A DNA stretch of 62,157 bases, the filler included, from Choristocarpus tenellus KU-1152 (lineage: Eukaryota; Protista; Phaeophyceae), in the NCBI GenBank assembly GCA_964200185.2. It is 12 parts of 12 records of this genome, joined end to end, with 100 filler letters (N's around TTAATTAATTAA, not from the genome) between each part and the next. Parts side by side here need not be neighbours in the genome. Positions count along the whole stretch, not along the records: positions 43,332 to 45,897 come from CAXNAD020026716.1; positions 45,998 to 53,565 come from CAXNAD020005952.1; positions 53,666 to 58,577 come from CAXNAD020012562.1; 9 more parts are not named here. One strand, written 5' to 3'. This document shows, one piece after another, positions 45,258 through 58,577 of the stretch (within the stretch, counting starts at the first letter, position 1; each line of letters opens with the position of its first letter). The translations under genes and the position numbers were made by a program. Under the pieces are notes generated by a model. It saw only the letters and a list, made by a program, of their open reading frames with translations. It did not search any database and had not been told where the DNA came from.

Positions 45258-46680
45258 CCTTCTCCCTATACTACAATGGACTTCAATAGTGCAATGTCCT
45301 TACAGGCCTCTGCCAGTTATTTTTATTTTGCAGCCATCAATACCAACGCCAGAACGAACAGGAAGATGGAACTTAAGAAATACAAAATACGAATTCAGAA
45401 CAAATAAGAAGATATTGCTTAGAAAAAACAAAAATACGAAATCAGAACTAAAAAGAAGATAATGCATAGAAAAATGAAAGTACGAATGTGAGAAGAAAGA
45501 GGGAGATAATGCTGAAAAAAAACAAGAATACGAACTCCACAACAAAGAACTAGATAATGCCAAAAAATAAATATGCGAATGCCAGAACAAAGAGGAACAC
45601 ATAAAGTTGAGAGAATGTGCAACCTCACGTACAAAAACGTATATTAACGCATCGCATGGGTTGTTGCTACCTATCAGCGCTTCTCCACTCCTCGTAGGTC
45701 CTTGACGCATTCCTTCTTGTGGATTGCTTTTCTCAACTAACAGCAGATTTCAAAAATTGAGGATGGAGCTTTTCATTGAGGATGAGCTTGACCCAAAATT
45801 GAATGGGATAAAGAGTCGATATGTTTTTTTTGTATTGTATTTTTGTATTGTATTTAAAAAAAAATACATATCGACACTTTATCCCAGTCAATTTTGGNNN
45901 NNNNNNNNNNNNNNNNNNNNNNNNNNNNNNNNNNNNNNNNNTTAATTAATTAANNNNNNNNNNNNNNNNNNNNNNNNNNNNNNNNNNNNNNNNNNNNCAG
46001 GGGGCAGAGGCAGAGGCAGAGACAGAGGCAGGGGGGGAGGGTGAAAGACAGGTGGGGAATCACAAGAACTGAACCAGGGATTGACCGACGAAATGCTTCT
46101 GTTCGGAAAACAAAACGAAACAACTATTCTGTACGCATGTGTACCTTTATTTGTCATTGGTTACTTGCGAGACCTACACCTGCAACACCTCACAGAGTAC
46201 AGCACCATTAATGCTTTGAAGTGCGCAGGAGTACTAGGTACTAGTAGCGTGCAGTACAAAAATAATCTAATCCGAATGAGTCATTCAAAACTATCAAAAC
46301 ATCTCCGTGTTTCTGTCCATCTTGCCCTGGCGTTCTATGCTAGGTTGGAGCGAATCAACTCAAGCCTGGGGGGAAAGTCACATTGCTCGGGTGCTCACCC
46401 AGAATGGTCCATACGCATCCGGATTCTCCCCCACCAGCTCCAGAAACCCTTGCTCCCGCTAAAATGTTTTGGACGTGGGGGCAGGGGGAAGGGGAAGGGG
46501 AAGGCTTTGTCTCATAAGCACGGCAATCATAACTATCTTGAGACATTTGGAAACGAGCAACAAACAAAATATTCTTGCTCACATTTGTGTGCTCTTGCAG
46601 GGATGTGAAAATGTGCTTGAATGTTTGGACAATGCCATCGAATACATTGAAATGTCATTGCGGTATAACCGGGGGCGGGC

Positions 46681-46912
46681 AGTCACTAGTCAGTGTCTAC
46701 CCCCAGTAGCACGGTTGTATCTCAACATTAGAAGAAAAAAAAATCAGAGGCTGAGGTCAGTCACTAGTCTGTGTCTACCCCCTGTACCACAGTTGTATCT
46801 CAACATTAGAAGAAAAAAAAATCAGAGGCTGAGGTGAGTCACTAGTCTGTGTCTGCCCCCAGTAGCACGGTTGTATCGCAATATTAGAAAAAAAAAAATC
46901 AGAGGTTGAGGC
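46681..46912. repeat. Tandem repeat, 3 x 78 bp
   Basis: Units start at 46681, 46759 and 46837 (agtcactagtc.gtgtctrcccc...atcagagg.tgagg). Confidence 0.92.
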
Positions 46913-49149
46913 CCTAAACAACCTAACCAGCATAATCCTCTGGCCATGACCCCACTAGTCATGTGCTCTCACTGAGAGGTCATCTCAATCTCATAGTTTC
47001 CTGAGGAGCCTGTGACATGGACTCCTCCCTCAAAACATCATATCACCCTCCCGCTGTAGGGAGTTAGGAAAACACTCCAACCAGTATCCAAACTTAGGGC
47101 CTGCGAACTCTGACTCTGTTGAATATTAAGATACCACTATACCACCGAGGCATTAGAAATGGTGGCTATTTTTGGCACAGTCTTGCTCCAGCTGAGCAGA
47201 GCAGTTTGCCCTCGTTTCTTATTATCAGGTGCCTTGGGTGAGAGGCGGACTTCTATTAGTACTGGAGGGATACCTTCACCGAACTCTATTCCATTTTCCA
47301 CTTTGGGAGGGCAATCATGGCAATTCCGTTGCATACTGACTTGAACGTTGAAAGCTTGAAGTACCCTTGAATGAAGTACTTTGCCTCTGTGAGAAAGTGA
47401 ACAATGACGTGTTTCAAACTGCTCTTTTATCACTCCAATGCCACAAAAACACTCCATGATTACTACAATTGCGGCACTACACTACCACAGTAACCCTAAC
47501 CCTACTGAAAATACCACAATGATCCTCCACTACACCACCAGCACTCTTTCTTAACTATCAAACAGGCTTCTGCAATAAGACTAATGAAATAGGAACAAAC
47601 TTTCCACTTCTATTTGTGTCTGTCTTTACCTTGCATGATATAACGCTCTGCTTCCACCGCTTCAATACATCCTCTGTATTAATATCGAAGAACTGATGCA
47701 CAATGCCCCGAAAGGAAGGGTGATTATGGGGGTGGGTGGTGGGTAGGTGAGCGCCTTGGTATGTTTCATGTTTGGGTAGGTTGGCGTGAGGCAAGTAGGC
47801 CGGGTGGAGAGTCACGGTTTCGTCTCAACCATCTGCTAACTCTTCGATAGTTCAAAAATCACCAAACATCGCTTGTTGTCAATCTGATAGATGGAATGAA
47901 TCACCACATTAATAGAGCACTACGCAGTGCCCTGTAGCCAAAGAGTTGAATGATTTGACGGATGAATCTTGGCGGTGAAAGTAGTGCATAGCTCTCTCTC
48001 TCTCTCTCTCCGCAAACCACGCCACTGATATGCACTACACTCATCTGCCTAGATAGCATCTCAAGTAACTAACTCAAACACATAGTAGTAGTAACATGTG
48101 TGGTGAAGTAGTCACAGTAGGACGGCACACTATGTGTGTAATTGCAGCACTTGTTCAGATTTTTAGATGTAGAAATAATCAGGTTGAACACCAACGCTCG
48201 TTATGTGGGAGAGACTACTGCTCGTCAATAATAAGGGTGGAAGTTGGGGCTTGGGTTGTCATACTGGGGAGACCTTTACTTCCTTTGTTGAAGTACTCCG
48301 TCACTTGGATGTGCTGCTGAAAGTTGAAGGACGAATCACAAGAATGCTTCGAATGACCTGTGCATCAAATGAGCTTAGCACAGTAGTCACTCTTAAAGTC
48401 ATAAATGGTAAAACCATGTGACACTTCACAAAACAGAAAAGAAAAAACAACAAATATTCTCCACAAACCGACTACAGTCATGTGCTAGGTGAGGGGCGTA
48501 TTGACGCACATACTTAGCGACACCATCTATGCATACATGCAAGCAAGCACACCAACGTGCATCCGACTGATGTGTGCAACAAAAATAGTCATTCCATAGG
48601 TAGATGCGGAGGACAAGCTCATTGTAGGACGAAAAGTGCACAATCTAATGAGTAAGACAAATGTAGATTTTCACTCAGATCATGTATATTAGTCATTTCA
48701 AGTGTTGCGGCTACAACGTGAGAGTGGATGAGGTAGATATACACAATAAGGTGTGGAGTGAAAACTAGGTACACTAGCACGGTTGCATGTAGATGATAAT
48801 CGATAATAGTCCCTGAGGATGGCAAAAGGGATTGTAAATGCAACAATGGAGACAGAGGAAAGCAACCACGGCAGACCAGCAAAGAAGAGGTAGACAGCCT
48901 AGAAAGATGAAAGAGGGGTCAAGATGGGCGAAAGATGCTTGCTCCCTAGTAAGACCACCTGCTGGTAGAACTCGACGGATAGACACCCGCACCAAATCGT
49001 ACGCCCCTCGCCCCCCGTATCATCACTTGTGCGTTGCCCCCCCAGCAGCGATATATTTCCCTCCGATGTTGGCGGTGTGTTGCCTCCTATCATTGATCCT
49101 CCCACCGCACCATTGCCTCCACTATACCCCGACTCTTTCTCGTCAAAGT

Positions 49150-51400
49150 ACTGGTCATCCTGCATTCCTTCAAAATCGAAAGACCCCCAAGTATGTTACA
49201 TTTCAGTTTGGGGTTGGATGGTTGTGTAGGAGATGGGAGGGAGGCACGACTGATTAGGGAAGAAAATGGGTCGTACTCATCCTGCAACTACACGGCGAGA
49301 ACCGGAGTGTGCTGGGGATCTACTTGAAGAGTGGGACGGATCCATGCCATGTTTAGAAAGCATATGGTGAGAACGAAGAGCATAGACATCCCAGGCACAA
49401 GACCTGCATGTGGTGGTCTACTTATTAGAGCAAGGAACTATCAAGTGCCGCCCCAATTGCAGATGGGATCTATGGGAAGTGGGTGTTCATCTTTCGTTTA
49501 GTGGACTACCAATTAGGCAGAGCTGGAAAAAATCTGAAGCAAAATACTATATGGGCAGCAACACGACTCAGCACAAGGGTTACGCCGTCATCCCAGCTTC
49601 CACGCCAACAGATGTTCCCCAAACCGAGCAGTATTCTGGCAAATGGATGTTCAGAAGATGCAATAGGAATGAAGTTGCCATCTCGTTTTGGGGGACTAGA
49701 TATTCCGCAACTATACCTGGAAACCTTGTTGACCCCATCTCGACCTCCTTCATGGCCATTTTGTTCCCGATTCACCCCCTTGCACAGTTCTATGAAGGAC
49801 AGTGTGTTGGTAGTGGTAATCTATGTGTGTTTGAGACGCATTGTTCCACTATGCAAAATGTTACTGGACGACGCCTGATCCAGATAGTTTCTGTGTTGTT
49901 GAAGCCACCTCACAAACAACCCCTGCAGCGAGGCAGGTAGGCCTTGTACACCGGACGTGGAGCAAGGAAGGATTCCTGCGATGTTGGATACTTCTCGCAA
50001 GGTGGATTCTAGTGGAGGTTGGTTGGTACATAGGATGGGTCAAGCCAGATGGACTGGGTGTGAGCGAGTTGTCCTGGGCGTGGTGACGGCCTTGTGGTGC
50101 TGTCCTGTGTCGGCGTTTGTGCCAAGCTTAGGGAACAGCCGACCGACTGGGAAAGCTTCTGTGGAATTTCTGTCGGATTCAGGACCTCGGCTACATCATT
50201 GCCGCTCTCGACAAGGACAACCGCTAAGAATGGTGTGTGCATTAGTAGTGATGTTGCACTAGACGTTCATGTGATTTACCCCCACGGACAGGGAAATACA
50301 ATGCCTGATGGTTTGCACCTAACTCACTCTATGAAAACGTAGGTAAAGGTTTCTTATCGACCTCAAGAAGAGAGCGTAGGCTGGGCCGTCTGTCACGACT
50401 GGTTGCAGTCGCACTTGCCCTATCAACTCCTTGGCAGGCCTTCGACTTGAGATTGGCTGATCGTTGATGACAATTGACAAAATATGTACTCCGATATAAT
50501 CATGCATGCATATTGAAAGGTCCTCCAATAGTAGCCTCCACGATGCAGCTCTCATATTCCCTTCAAACCACCGGTCAGACCTGAAGCAGACCAGTTGATA
50601 TGAGTAGGATGGTGGAGGGTGATGTTGTTTATGGAGTCGAGGATTAGAGTTGGTCAAGGGCATACTAGTCCAATTTATGAGGTATGCCAAGTATGCAAAT
50701 GATCATCGATCACTTATTGCCCTCCAGGAACCCACGGCAAGAAGGATATGAGGGGAAATTGATCATGCTTTCTCAAATGTCGATAACAATGTGACAGCGT
50801 ATGTGCCTCCAATATGACGAGTGGGATCTGTTTTGCGGCCCGCTTCTATCATCAATAGTAGGAGACGACAAAAGCGTGCCGAAAAATTCTCTAGTAAGCG
50901 TCCTTGGCATGTTACGTATTTTGCAGTTGAGGAGTGCTTCAAAGAAAGGACGCCTATGGTGTCGCTGGGAGCTTCAAGGAGAGATTTAATCTCTAGCCAT
51001 GAATTCTCTTGTCCAGATCTACAAAAGCAGAGCACCCTCTCACAGTCAAATGCCCAGGGCAGGGCTGAAGATAGATTGGTGTGGTACTTGAAGGTATATG
51101 AAAATATGTTGAAATGCAGCGCAACTTAATTGCTAGGAGGATCGACCACCAAGTACGAGGTCATGACAAACGCAAAAGACCAACGCCTCGATACATCAAA
51201 CTCGCAGAAGGTCACTGCCACCAGGATACAGAAGGAGGTTAAGAACACCGCTTTTTCTTGGCTACAAGGTTTGCCCTACTACTCCAAATACACCTCCAGC
51301 GTTCGTTCCGTCTGTGGACCGCGGTTTGTATTGAGAAGCAAAGTGACGGTGACTCTTTTGTGTTGAACACTGAACCGCACGGTGCGATGCGACAACCGTG
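49150..51400 (+). mobile_element. Heavily decayed DIRS/Ngaro-like tyrosine-recombinase retrotransposon
   Basis: Ordered degenerate motifs: WW, WDLWEVGVHL..QSWKKSEAKYYM (RNase H DASxxGWG..WxxxE), ATIPGNLVDPIS (IPGxxNxxADxxSR), YWTTPDPDSFCVVEA (DIRS methylase-like region), YTSSVRSVCG (YR box II, HSxRxG-like). Confidence 0.45.
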
Positions 51401-52129
51401 ATTGGCCTTCACCCTGGACAACAACCTGACACAGTGGTTGAACCTACACGTTGGACCAGGAGTATGTGGCCTCATTTAGAGGGGTAGAGACGCGCACTTC
51501 ATCGAGGAAGGATTCAGGTCTGCATTTGACCGACCTAACAACTCGATTTCATTCACTCTTGATCTGGAAGCTCGGATCGGCATGAGTGCAACTCACGTGC
51601 ACTGGCTCTTTTCACCCCAGTACTACCAGACCTGACCCACTAGTGTTTGTTCGTTCACATTTATTCCGGGGGTTATCCTGACCAATAGTCAGGGCCACTG
51701 CAAACTGCGCTACTTCTCCACCCGCCACCGAATGTAGCTGTTGCACCATTGATACGACTAATTGCACTGTCTTACCTGTGCTCCCGCCTTACACACCTCG
51801 TGCGTTGTTGGGCTCAGCACTCCCACCGCCCGTGTGGCTCCAATCTCTTCCCCTTGAATCTTGTGCTGGACCCGCCCCCCCGCCTTGAAGTTTCCGCCTT
51901 GGTCTTTCTTTGTCCCGGGGCGTGCTTGTGCTGTTACTCTGACGGACAGGTCCGCGACCCGTTCTGCCTGCCAGAAAGGTATTGGATCATTGAAACCGGG
52001 GTTTTCCGCGAAAAACAGAGGTGTTCGGTGTCGAAGGGGTTCAAACCCTTAGAAATTTTACGCCTCGAACGGAGGTCCGTAAACCGCTGAGTCATCATGA
52101 GGGGTGCCCAACTACCTACCTGGCCTGGC

Positions 52130-52152
52130 TTAACCCTAACCCTAACCCTAAC
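52130..52152 (-). repeat. Short telomeric tract (CCCTAA)3
   Basis: taaccctaaccctaaccctaac. Confidence 0.8.
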
Positions 52153-52193
52153 ACCTGAAGTAGGAAATATATATATATATTTGGATTGAAACT

Positions 52194-52349
<156 letters not shown>

Positions 52350-52462
52350 AATATTTGCTACACAGTGGTGCTCATTACGGCACCGTGTTTTCTGTCATGA
52401 CAGTGTTCCCACTCAGAGTTGAGTCTCTCGAGAGTGAACCGATCCCGTTAGTGGATGTTTTG

Positions 52463-52742
52463 GAGTTAAAGCATCTTAGGGTTAGGGTAGAGCCGCGTCC
52501 GATTGGGGGCCGAAATAGCGAATGTTGCTATTTTGAAGTGGACATAATGATGGAACTTTGGCTATCGTGTTTGTCAGGAAGTGCCGATATCCCTTGTTCT
52601 GAAACCAACCTTTTCATAATGTGTACATTTATTTTACCTACTCTGAAGCATTTCGGAATAGGAAAAAATGTGTAAGAAAAAAAAATACGGACAAAATGGA
52701 CAATCATGGCGAAAATTCATACCCTCTCAGATGCTTTCACTC
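52463..52742 (-). mobile_element. MITE subfamily A, diverged, with telomeric repeat in one TIR
   Basis: gagttaaagcatcttagggttagggtagag ... taccctctcagatgctttcactc. TSD TTTG. Confidence 0.85.
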
Positions 52743-52938
52743 TTTGTCCATATCTTCAAGAGGGTCGATTGTATGACGCCATATGTAAAATAGATACAGA
52801 TACAGGGTTATAGGTACAGGGTTATAGGGTGCCGAATAGTGGACACCATTTTGTGTCAAAAATTGTCAAATTCCCTTACAGTGGCCCAAGCGCATTGTCG
52901 AAATCTTCTCAATACGTTAAGATAAAAAGTTACATATT

Positions 52939-52973
<35 letters not shown>

Positions 52974-54599
52974 GTATGTATGCATACATACATATGGATG
53001 TCAACATAGTAGTAAGTAATGCGATTTTTTAAAATAGAAGATAATCTTTATTTTTTTCTTGGGCGAAGAGGAGAATCGAAAACAACGACTCACATGTGAG
53101 AAAAGAAAAAAAAAGGGCTTTATTGATTATTATTATTATTATTTTGTATTTTTTCTGTGACTGCGTGTCTGCGTGCGCATGTGATTTTAAAAAAACTGCC
53201 ATTGAGTCGGTACTGACGAGTGCAGTTGCGCTCTGCTCCTGTCATGAAACTGTATGTATGTATGCAGGCATCGACCAATCAGATGTGAGTGTACTACCAG
53301 CACTGTGTATGTGTTTTATTGCCTGACTCCTTTTTTGGGAGGGTGTCGTTGTTATCATGCCCATGAAAACCAATGCAGCGGAGACTACAGTGCCACCCCG
53401 TGTTGTTGGTAGGACCAATGGCACCTGTGGGGAATATTGCTGGATGCGTACTAAATGCCTCAAAATTGACATCAGAACGTTTTTTTGAAGATGATCGCGC
53501 AGGGCTAACTAACTAACCTCTTGGGGGGGAGGGGGGAGGGTTGAATGCATCGGCATATTATGTAGNNNNNNNNNNNNNNNNNNNNNNNNNNNNNNNNNNN
53601 NNNNNNNNNTTAATTAATTAANNNNNNNNNNNNNNNNNNNNNNNNNNNNNNNNNNNNNNNNNNNNGTGGGAGGTAGAGGTTGGCGGGGGGGGGGGGGGGG
53701 GGGGGGGGGGTGGGGGGGTTGGTGGGGGGGGGGGGTGTAGATGCAAGCTTGAGAGCTGTTCCGCCGCAGAATATATTTTCTGTTGTTTGTTGCTTGTCTG
53801 TTTATGGTTGATTGGCTCATTGGCCTGTAACTTGTTTGCCTTGATTGCGAAGAAGAGTGTTGGTTTAGAGAAGGGTGTTCCCGCTACCTGGGTCGCCTCT
53901 CCCAAACTCATGTTTGCTGTTTTCCCCTTTTGTGGTACCCTGTCTGGGTATTTGCTTCTGGGGCAATTTTGTCAGAATCTGTGTCTCTGTGTGGAAACTT
54001 CTGATGATGTTGCTATATTTTTGAGGTTCTGTGAGCTAGGGCTACGGATGTGTGGTGGTGGGTGTGATGCAACTCACCCCTGCCAGCTGTTTGATAAGTG
54101 AGTGACCTGGATGGTGCCAGGGAAAGGAGATCCCACCACTACTTGGTCACCTTTCAGAGGTACATGAGTGTTAACATTTTGTGCGTCTTGTGTACATTAG
54201 TGCCAGTGGGTCTAAGGGGGGAGTAGATAATGTGGTAAGAGAGCATAGGTTAAAAATCTCAGATATTTTTTTTAGGGTCTGTGTGCTCTCAGTGGGCAGG
54301 AAGACCCATGATATGCTTGTTGGAAACGCCTCTTATTCCTATCCCCCTGTCAAGTTCATGATAGCCCAATCTCTCTTTCGCCTTCCAGATAAGTGCTGAC
54401 TTCATCGAGTTTTGATTGTTCCAAGTCCTTTTTTTGATGCGATGATATTTTGGGGTAACTACTCCTTTCATGTATGAATGTGTACAAAAAGATATTTTTT
54501 CTGTAGTCCTCAACGGGTTTTTTTCAAGTGTACCACCAACCAACATAGGAGAGACGGAGGTAAATGGTAGAAGAAACACAGCCCCCTTCCCTATTTTTT

Positions 54600-55500
54600 G
54601 TTATTTTTTGCCCTCAATATACCTTCACTTAGCCCAACGCAACCTACTTTTGATTTCAGCGCATACATATCCGATGCATCTGTGGCACTGCTCTGATCAA
54701 TAAGGGGGACCCCCTCATACGTTTAGTCCATTGATAGGAATGCCACACAAATATCCTTGAAAATCAGGGGATTCCTCGCATAGATTACTGCTGAATGCAT
54801 GACAAGTTGCAGACCGTACTTCCAGACCATTTAGATTTTTTTTGTTGAAGTATGGTGTTTACATCTTGATTTTTGAAGAAATGTTGATCCCCTGCTCATC
54901 AAGACAGCACAGTGATCTTAATTGCAAGCACCTCTTCCTCCTGAGCACCATCTCTGCCATGCACAGTATTGAGGGGAGACACTATCATGTCGGGTCTTGT
55001 CCAGGGGGGAAGTGGGTTGTTGTGGAAAGGAAAGACACATTTGAGATAATCGGAAAGCAAAAGTAGAATGGGGGCCTCTCATTGGTCGTAATGTCCACAG
55101 CCCTTGGAAGGGTAGTAATGTGAGTTTTTTTCTCTCTAAGGGTATTTAGAACGGGTTGAGGGGATGCTATGGTATGCCTACCCAACAAACCATTGACACG
55201 CCGTATCAAAATGCCTCCAAATTCAGAGGAAAATATTCTAACCCCATACCACTCTAGCATCCTCCGATTTCTGTCAGTGGAAATCAGAAATTTCTTGGAT
55301 TGGTCTACGGTTGGCCCAAAGAAAAGACCCTTTTTGAACAGTTCTGGGCATGGTGATTACCGATCCAAGCATGAGAGTGGACATTCCGCTTGTGTGTACA
55401 GAATACCATACGATGACATACTTTCTGTTCTCTTTTTTTTCACTTCACATTATGGCATATTCTATGACACCCATTACAGCATATCATACACACACTTCTC
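54600..55500 (-). pseudogene. Possible very old Ty3/gypsy RT-RNase H relic
   Basis: Scattered degenerate motifs on the minus strand in the expected order: KENRKY, GMSTLMLGSVITMPRTVQK, ILQQKKSKW..CHAF, ATDAS. Confidence 0.3.
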
Positions 55501-58001
55501 CCTACCTCGCTCCCCCAATGTTTTGCCATTAATTTAAAACTCCCGAAAAGAGACTCAAGGATTATACATCTGTTATTATAGTCAGGCCTTTGTGTATAGT
55601 CCATGAAGACAAAGAGGAAATATGGGAATAGACCCCACTCAGAGCATCCTTCCACATTTCCAGTGCACTCAAAATATGTTTTATGCTGCATTGTAAATCT
55701 ACCCTTGAATGGTATACTTCAGTAGCAATGACAACCTGTAGCCAACATATCCCTCATAGTGAGTGGCATTTGTTCCCTAAGCTGTATCTATTCTGAAGGT
55801 ACTATGTGGAACCATCTACTGTTCCACAGTGAAGGCTTTCACAGTCCTACCCAGTGTGATTGTTATGTGATGAAAATCTTGGACTGGTGATTTGGTGAAT
55901 AGCTTGTTGGGTTTCTGGTATGTGGAAAATTGAAAGGGGAAAAGTAAAAAAAATATCGATGGATGGAAAAGAAGGATTGCAGTTGATTAAAGGAGGAGCA
56001 CAGGAAACAGGAAGGTGTAGGGATTGAGTAATCTAAGAGAGGACTTGGAAAGGTTGCTTGTTAGAGCTTTGAGTGAAAAGTTGGGGAAAGGAGAGAGACA
56101 CACTGGAAGTAATTTGAGGCATCATTTCCCACCCAACCACCCTCTCGATTGCTCGTGATTAATTGGGATGATGACGGGGGCACAAAGTGAGGTCGAGTCG
56201 GGCATAGTAGATGCCTTCTAGTTCAAAGCTTTGGTGTGGTAAGGACGCATGTGGGTGTATGAATGTGGAGGTTATGAACAATGTGAAGTGGAAGAACGTG
56301 GAGGTTATGAGCATGGAGTGAATGAATAAATTCAGAGTGGATGAATGCGGAGGAAGTGGATGAATGAATGCAGAGTGTTTGGAGATGAGATGAGAAAAAT
56401 ATGCAAATAGCCTCATTGGTTTGAGTAGATATTTATGGGGATAATGGCAGCATTGGTGTGGAGATGGGATATACCGATGGTTGTTTTGTTTGGGGAGTGG
56501 ATATTATGCTGAGATCGGCATGAATTGGTGGTGTTGTTGGCAGAACAGGGCTCAGAGGGTTAGATGGAAAAAGGAGATGTTGGTGGAATGACACGGGGTA
56601 AGGAGTGGAAATAAGCAGGTGGAGTGATATGTGGAATGGTAAGGAGTGGTGGAACAAAAGAGAGAACAAGTGGGAAATAATTAATTCAGAATTGAAATGG
56701 AACAGAACTATTATTATTATCATTGCTATTATCATCACAGAGGAGATGGTTGGCCCACATGGAAGTGGGTACGTCATCTCTAGGGGGTCATAAAATCCGA
56801 TATGTGGGGTCTGTGCGTAACCTTCGCCATTCCAAGTGGTTAACAGGGGATTCTTATGTAATGATGAGGGGCATCATAGGTGAGAGCATAGAAATAAATC
56901 ACATTCTAGTGCAACCATCCCCTCCACACTTTTTTACTAGCAGAAAATATTTTGAAGTGTGGCTTAAAGAGAAGAGGGGGTATGTGACAGAAGGTACAGA
57001 CATCCATCACGACCCATCTACCGATGTCAACTACTATCTTGTAAATCTTTTTTTGTCTTGAAATCTTTTTTTAAAAGGTGCACGTAGAAATACGAGATAT
57101 ATCCTTCTTTTTAGTGGACAACGACTGGAACAAAATAGTAGTTCCGTACCTCATTTCGATCAGCGATTGACTACCTCCAAAAAAAAAACTGTTCGTTGGC
57201 TGAATGATTTGGTGGCTGTTGCTTTAAAAAGTATTATTTTACAGTACATTGCAAAGCATGAAATCAGCACAAACATGTTCGTTCCGTTGGTGTAATTCAT
57301 CAGCCGTACCAATCTAACTGATGCAAAGACTTAGGCTGATTATGACATACTATGCAAGTGACTTGATACATACATGTTGTATTTTCCATGACAAGAATTT
57401 TTTGTTCTTGATCGCTTGTCTCGTTGCGAAAGTGTAGGAAGATGTAGTTTGACAAAACAGATTATTTGTGATGTTCCATAATTGTTCCATCTACTACTAC
57501 ATAATACACACCAAAGACCAAACAAACTACACCACTGACTCCCAATCACACCCACTCACCGAGGTTGTCAACCTTATCAGAATGCTGTATCTAGATCACC
57601 ACATCCAACACAATGGCAAGGTCAAGAAGAGGCAAAAATTTATGTTACAAGAACAACACGGGATTTGGAGAACTGAGCTAAGAATTGATTCCAACCATAT
57701 ATTGTACTACTATTACACCTTACTTGTTGGGGTTATCTATATCTGCTAATCTATACCCCTGTAGAAAAAAAGGTCAACCACCTTTAAGAGGCAGAAACAT
57801 TATTCTTGATTCTCTCAGTATCACAGACCAACACCTAACCTACACAGTATTGTCTTGTATTGCATTGTATTTCAACATATATTAGCTCGATCTTTTCAGA
57901 CCTGTGATCAGCGGCAATACACAGAGAAGACAAAATAAATCACTGAGCAAAGGGAATAAAACGCACAAAAATACTCGAACATGGTCAGAAAAGGGTAAGT
58001 C

Positions 58002-58161
58002 AGGTGAATCAATCAGTTCTAGTGCTAGTAGTAGTTTACTTGCACCTGTCCCAAGGTGAATCAATCAGTTCTAGTGCTAGTAGTAGTTTACTTGCACCTG
58101 TCCCAAGGTGAATCAATCAGTTCTAGTGCTAGTAGTAGTTTACTTGCACCTGTCCCAAGGT
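58002..58161. repeat. Perfect tandem repeat, 3 x 52 bp
   Basis: aggtgaatcaatcagttctagtgctagtagtagtttacttgcacctgtccca at 58002, 58054 and 58106. Confidence 0.95.
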
Positions 58162-58492
58162 TCAACGCCGCCTCGAATTCACGTGGGAAAAGACACATAC
58201 ACAAGTCGAAACGCAACAGAATAAAATGAAAAACAAACTACTAAGATAACAAACATGTCAACCGTTGGTGAAGTTCTTGACTCCAGAGCTAACAAAATAA
58301 ATTACATGACCAAGCAGAGACTCGAATGTCACTGTCAGTATCACCCTAGATATCACCCCCTCACCGCCATTATTATTGATCCCAATGACACTAAGTGCAA
58401 CTCACGTCACTCCAACAACTACAACTGCCTACATGACAATCTACTTCCTGGAATCAAAAAAGCTACTTGGAAAAAAATGAGGCTACTACTGA

Positions 58493-58577
58493 GGCTCAGA
58501 GTATCTGGGGGGGGGGGGGGGGGGGGGGGGGGGGGGCGTCCTTTGGGGGCCCTTTTTTCGTGGTTAGGGTTTTTTTG
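58493..58577. mobile_element. MITE B terminus at contig end
   Basis: ggctcagagtatct-polyG-cgtcctttggggg. A reverse TIR opens the next contig (58678-58704). Confidence 0.7.

Noticed and set aside
47137-47720. MULE/SWIM transposase tail on the minus strand
   Set aside because: Only a vague resemblance (YFIQGYFKLSTF..IPP..KKRG), with no intact CxC..CxH motif.
50300-50342. PDGLHL as an SGNH hydrolase motif
   Set aside because: A single short motif with no upstream GDS or GxND blocks; compatible with chance.
58002-58161. CRISPR-like array (also considered for 46681-46912)
   Set aside because: Units are head-to-tail with no unique spacers, there are no cas genes, and the context is eukaryotic.
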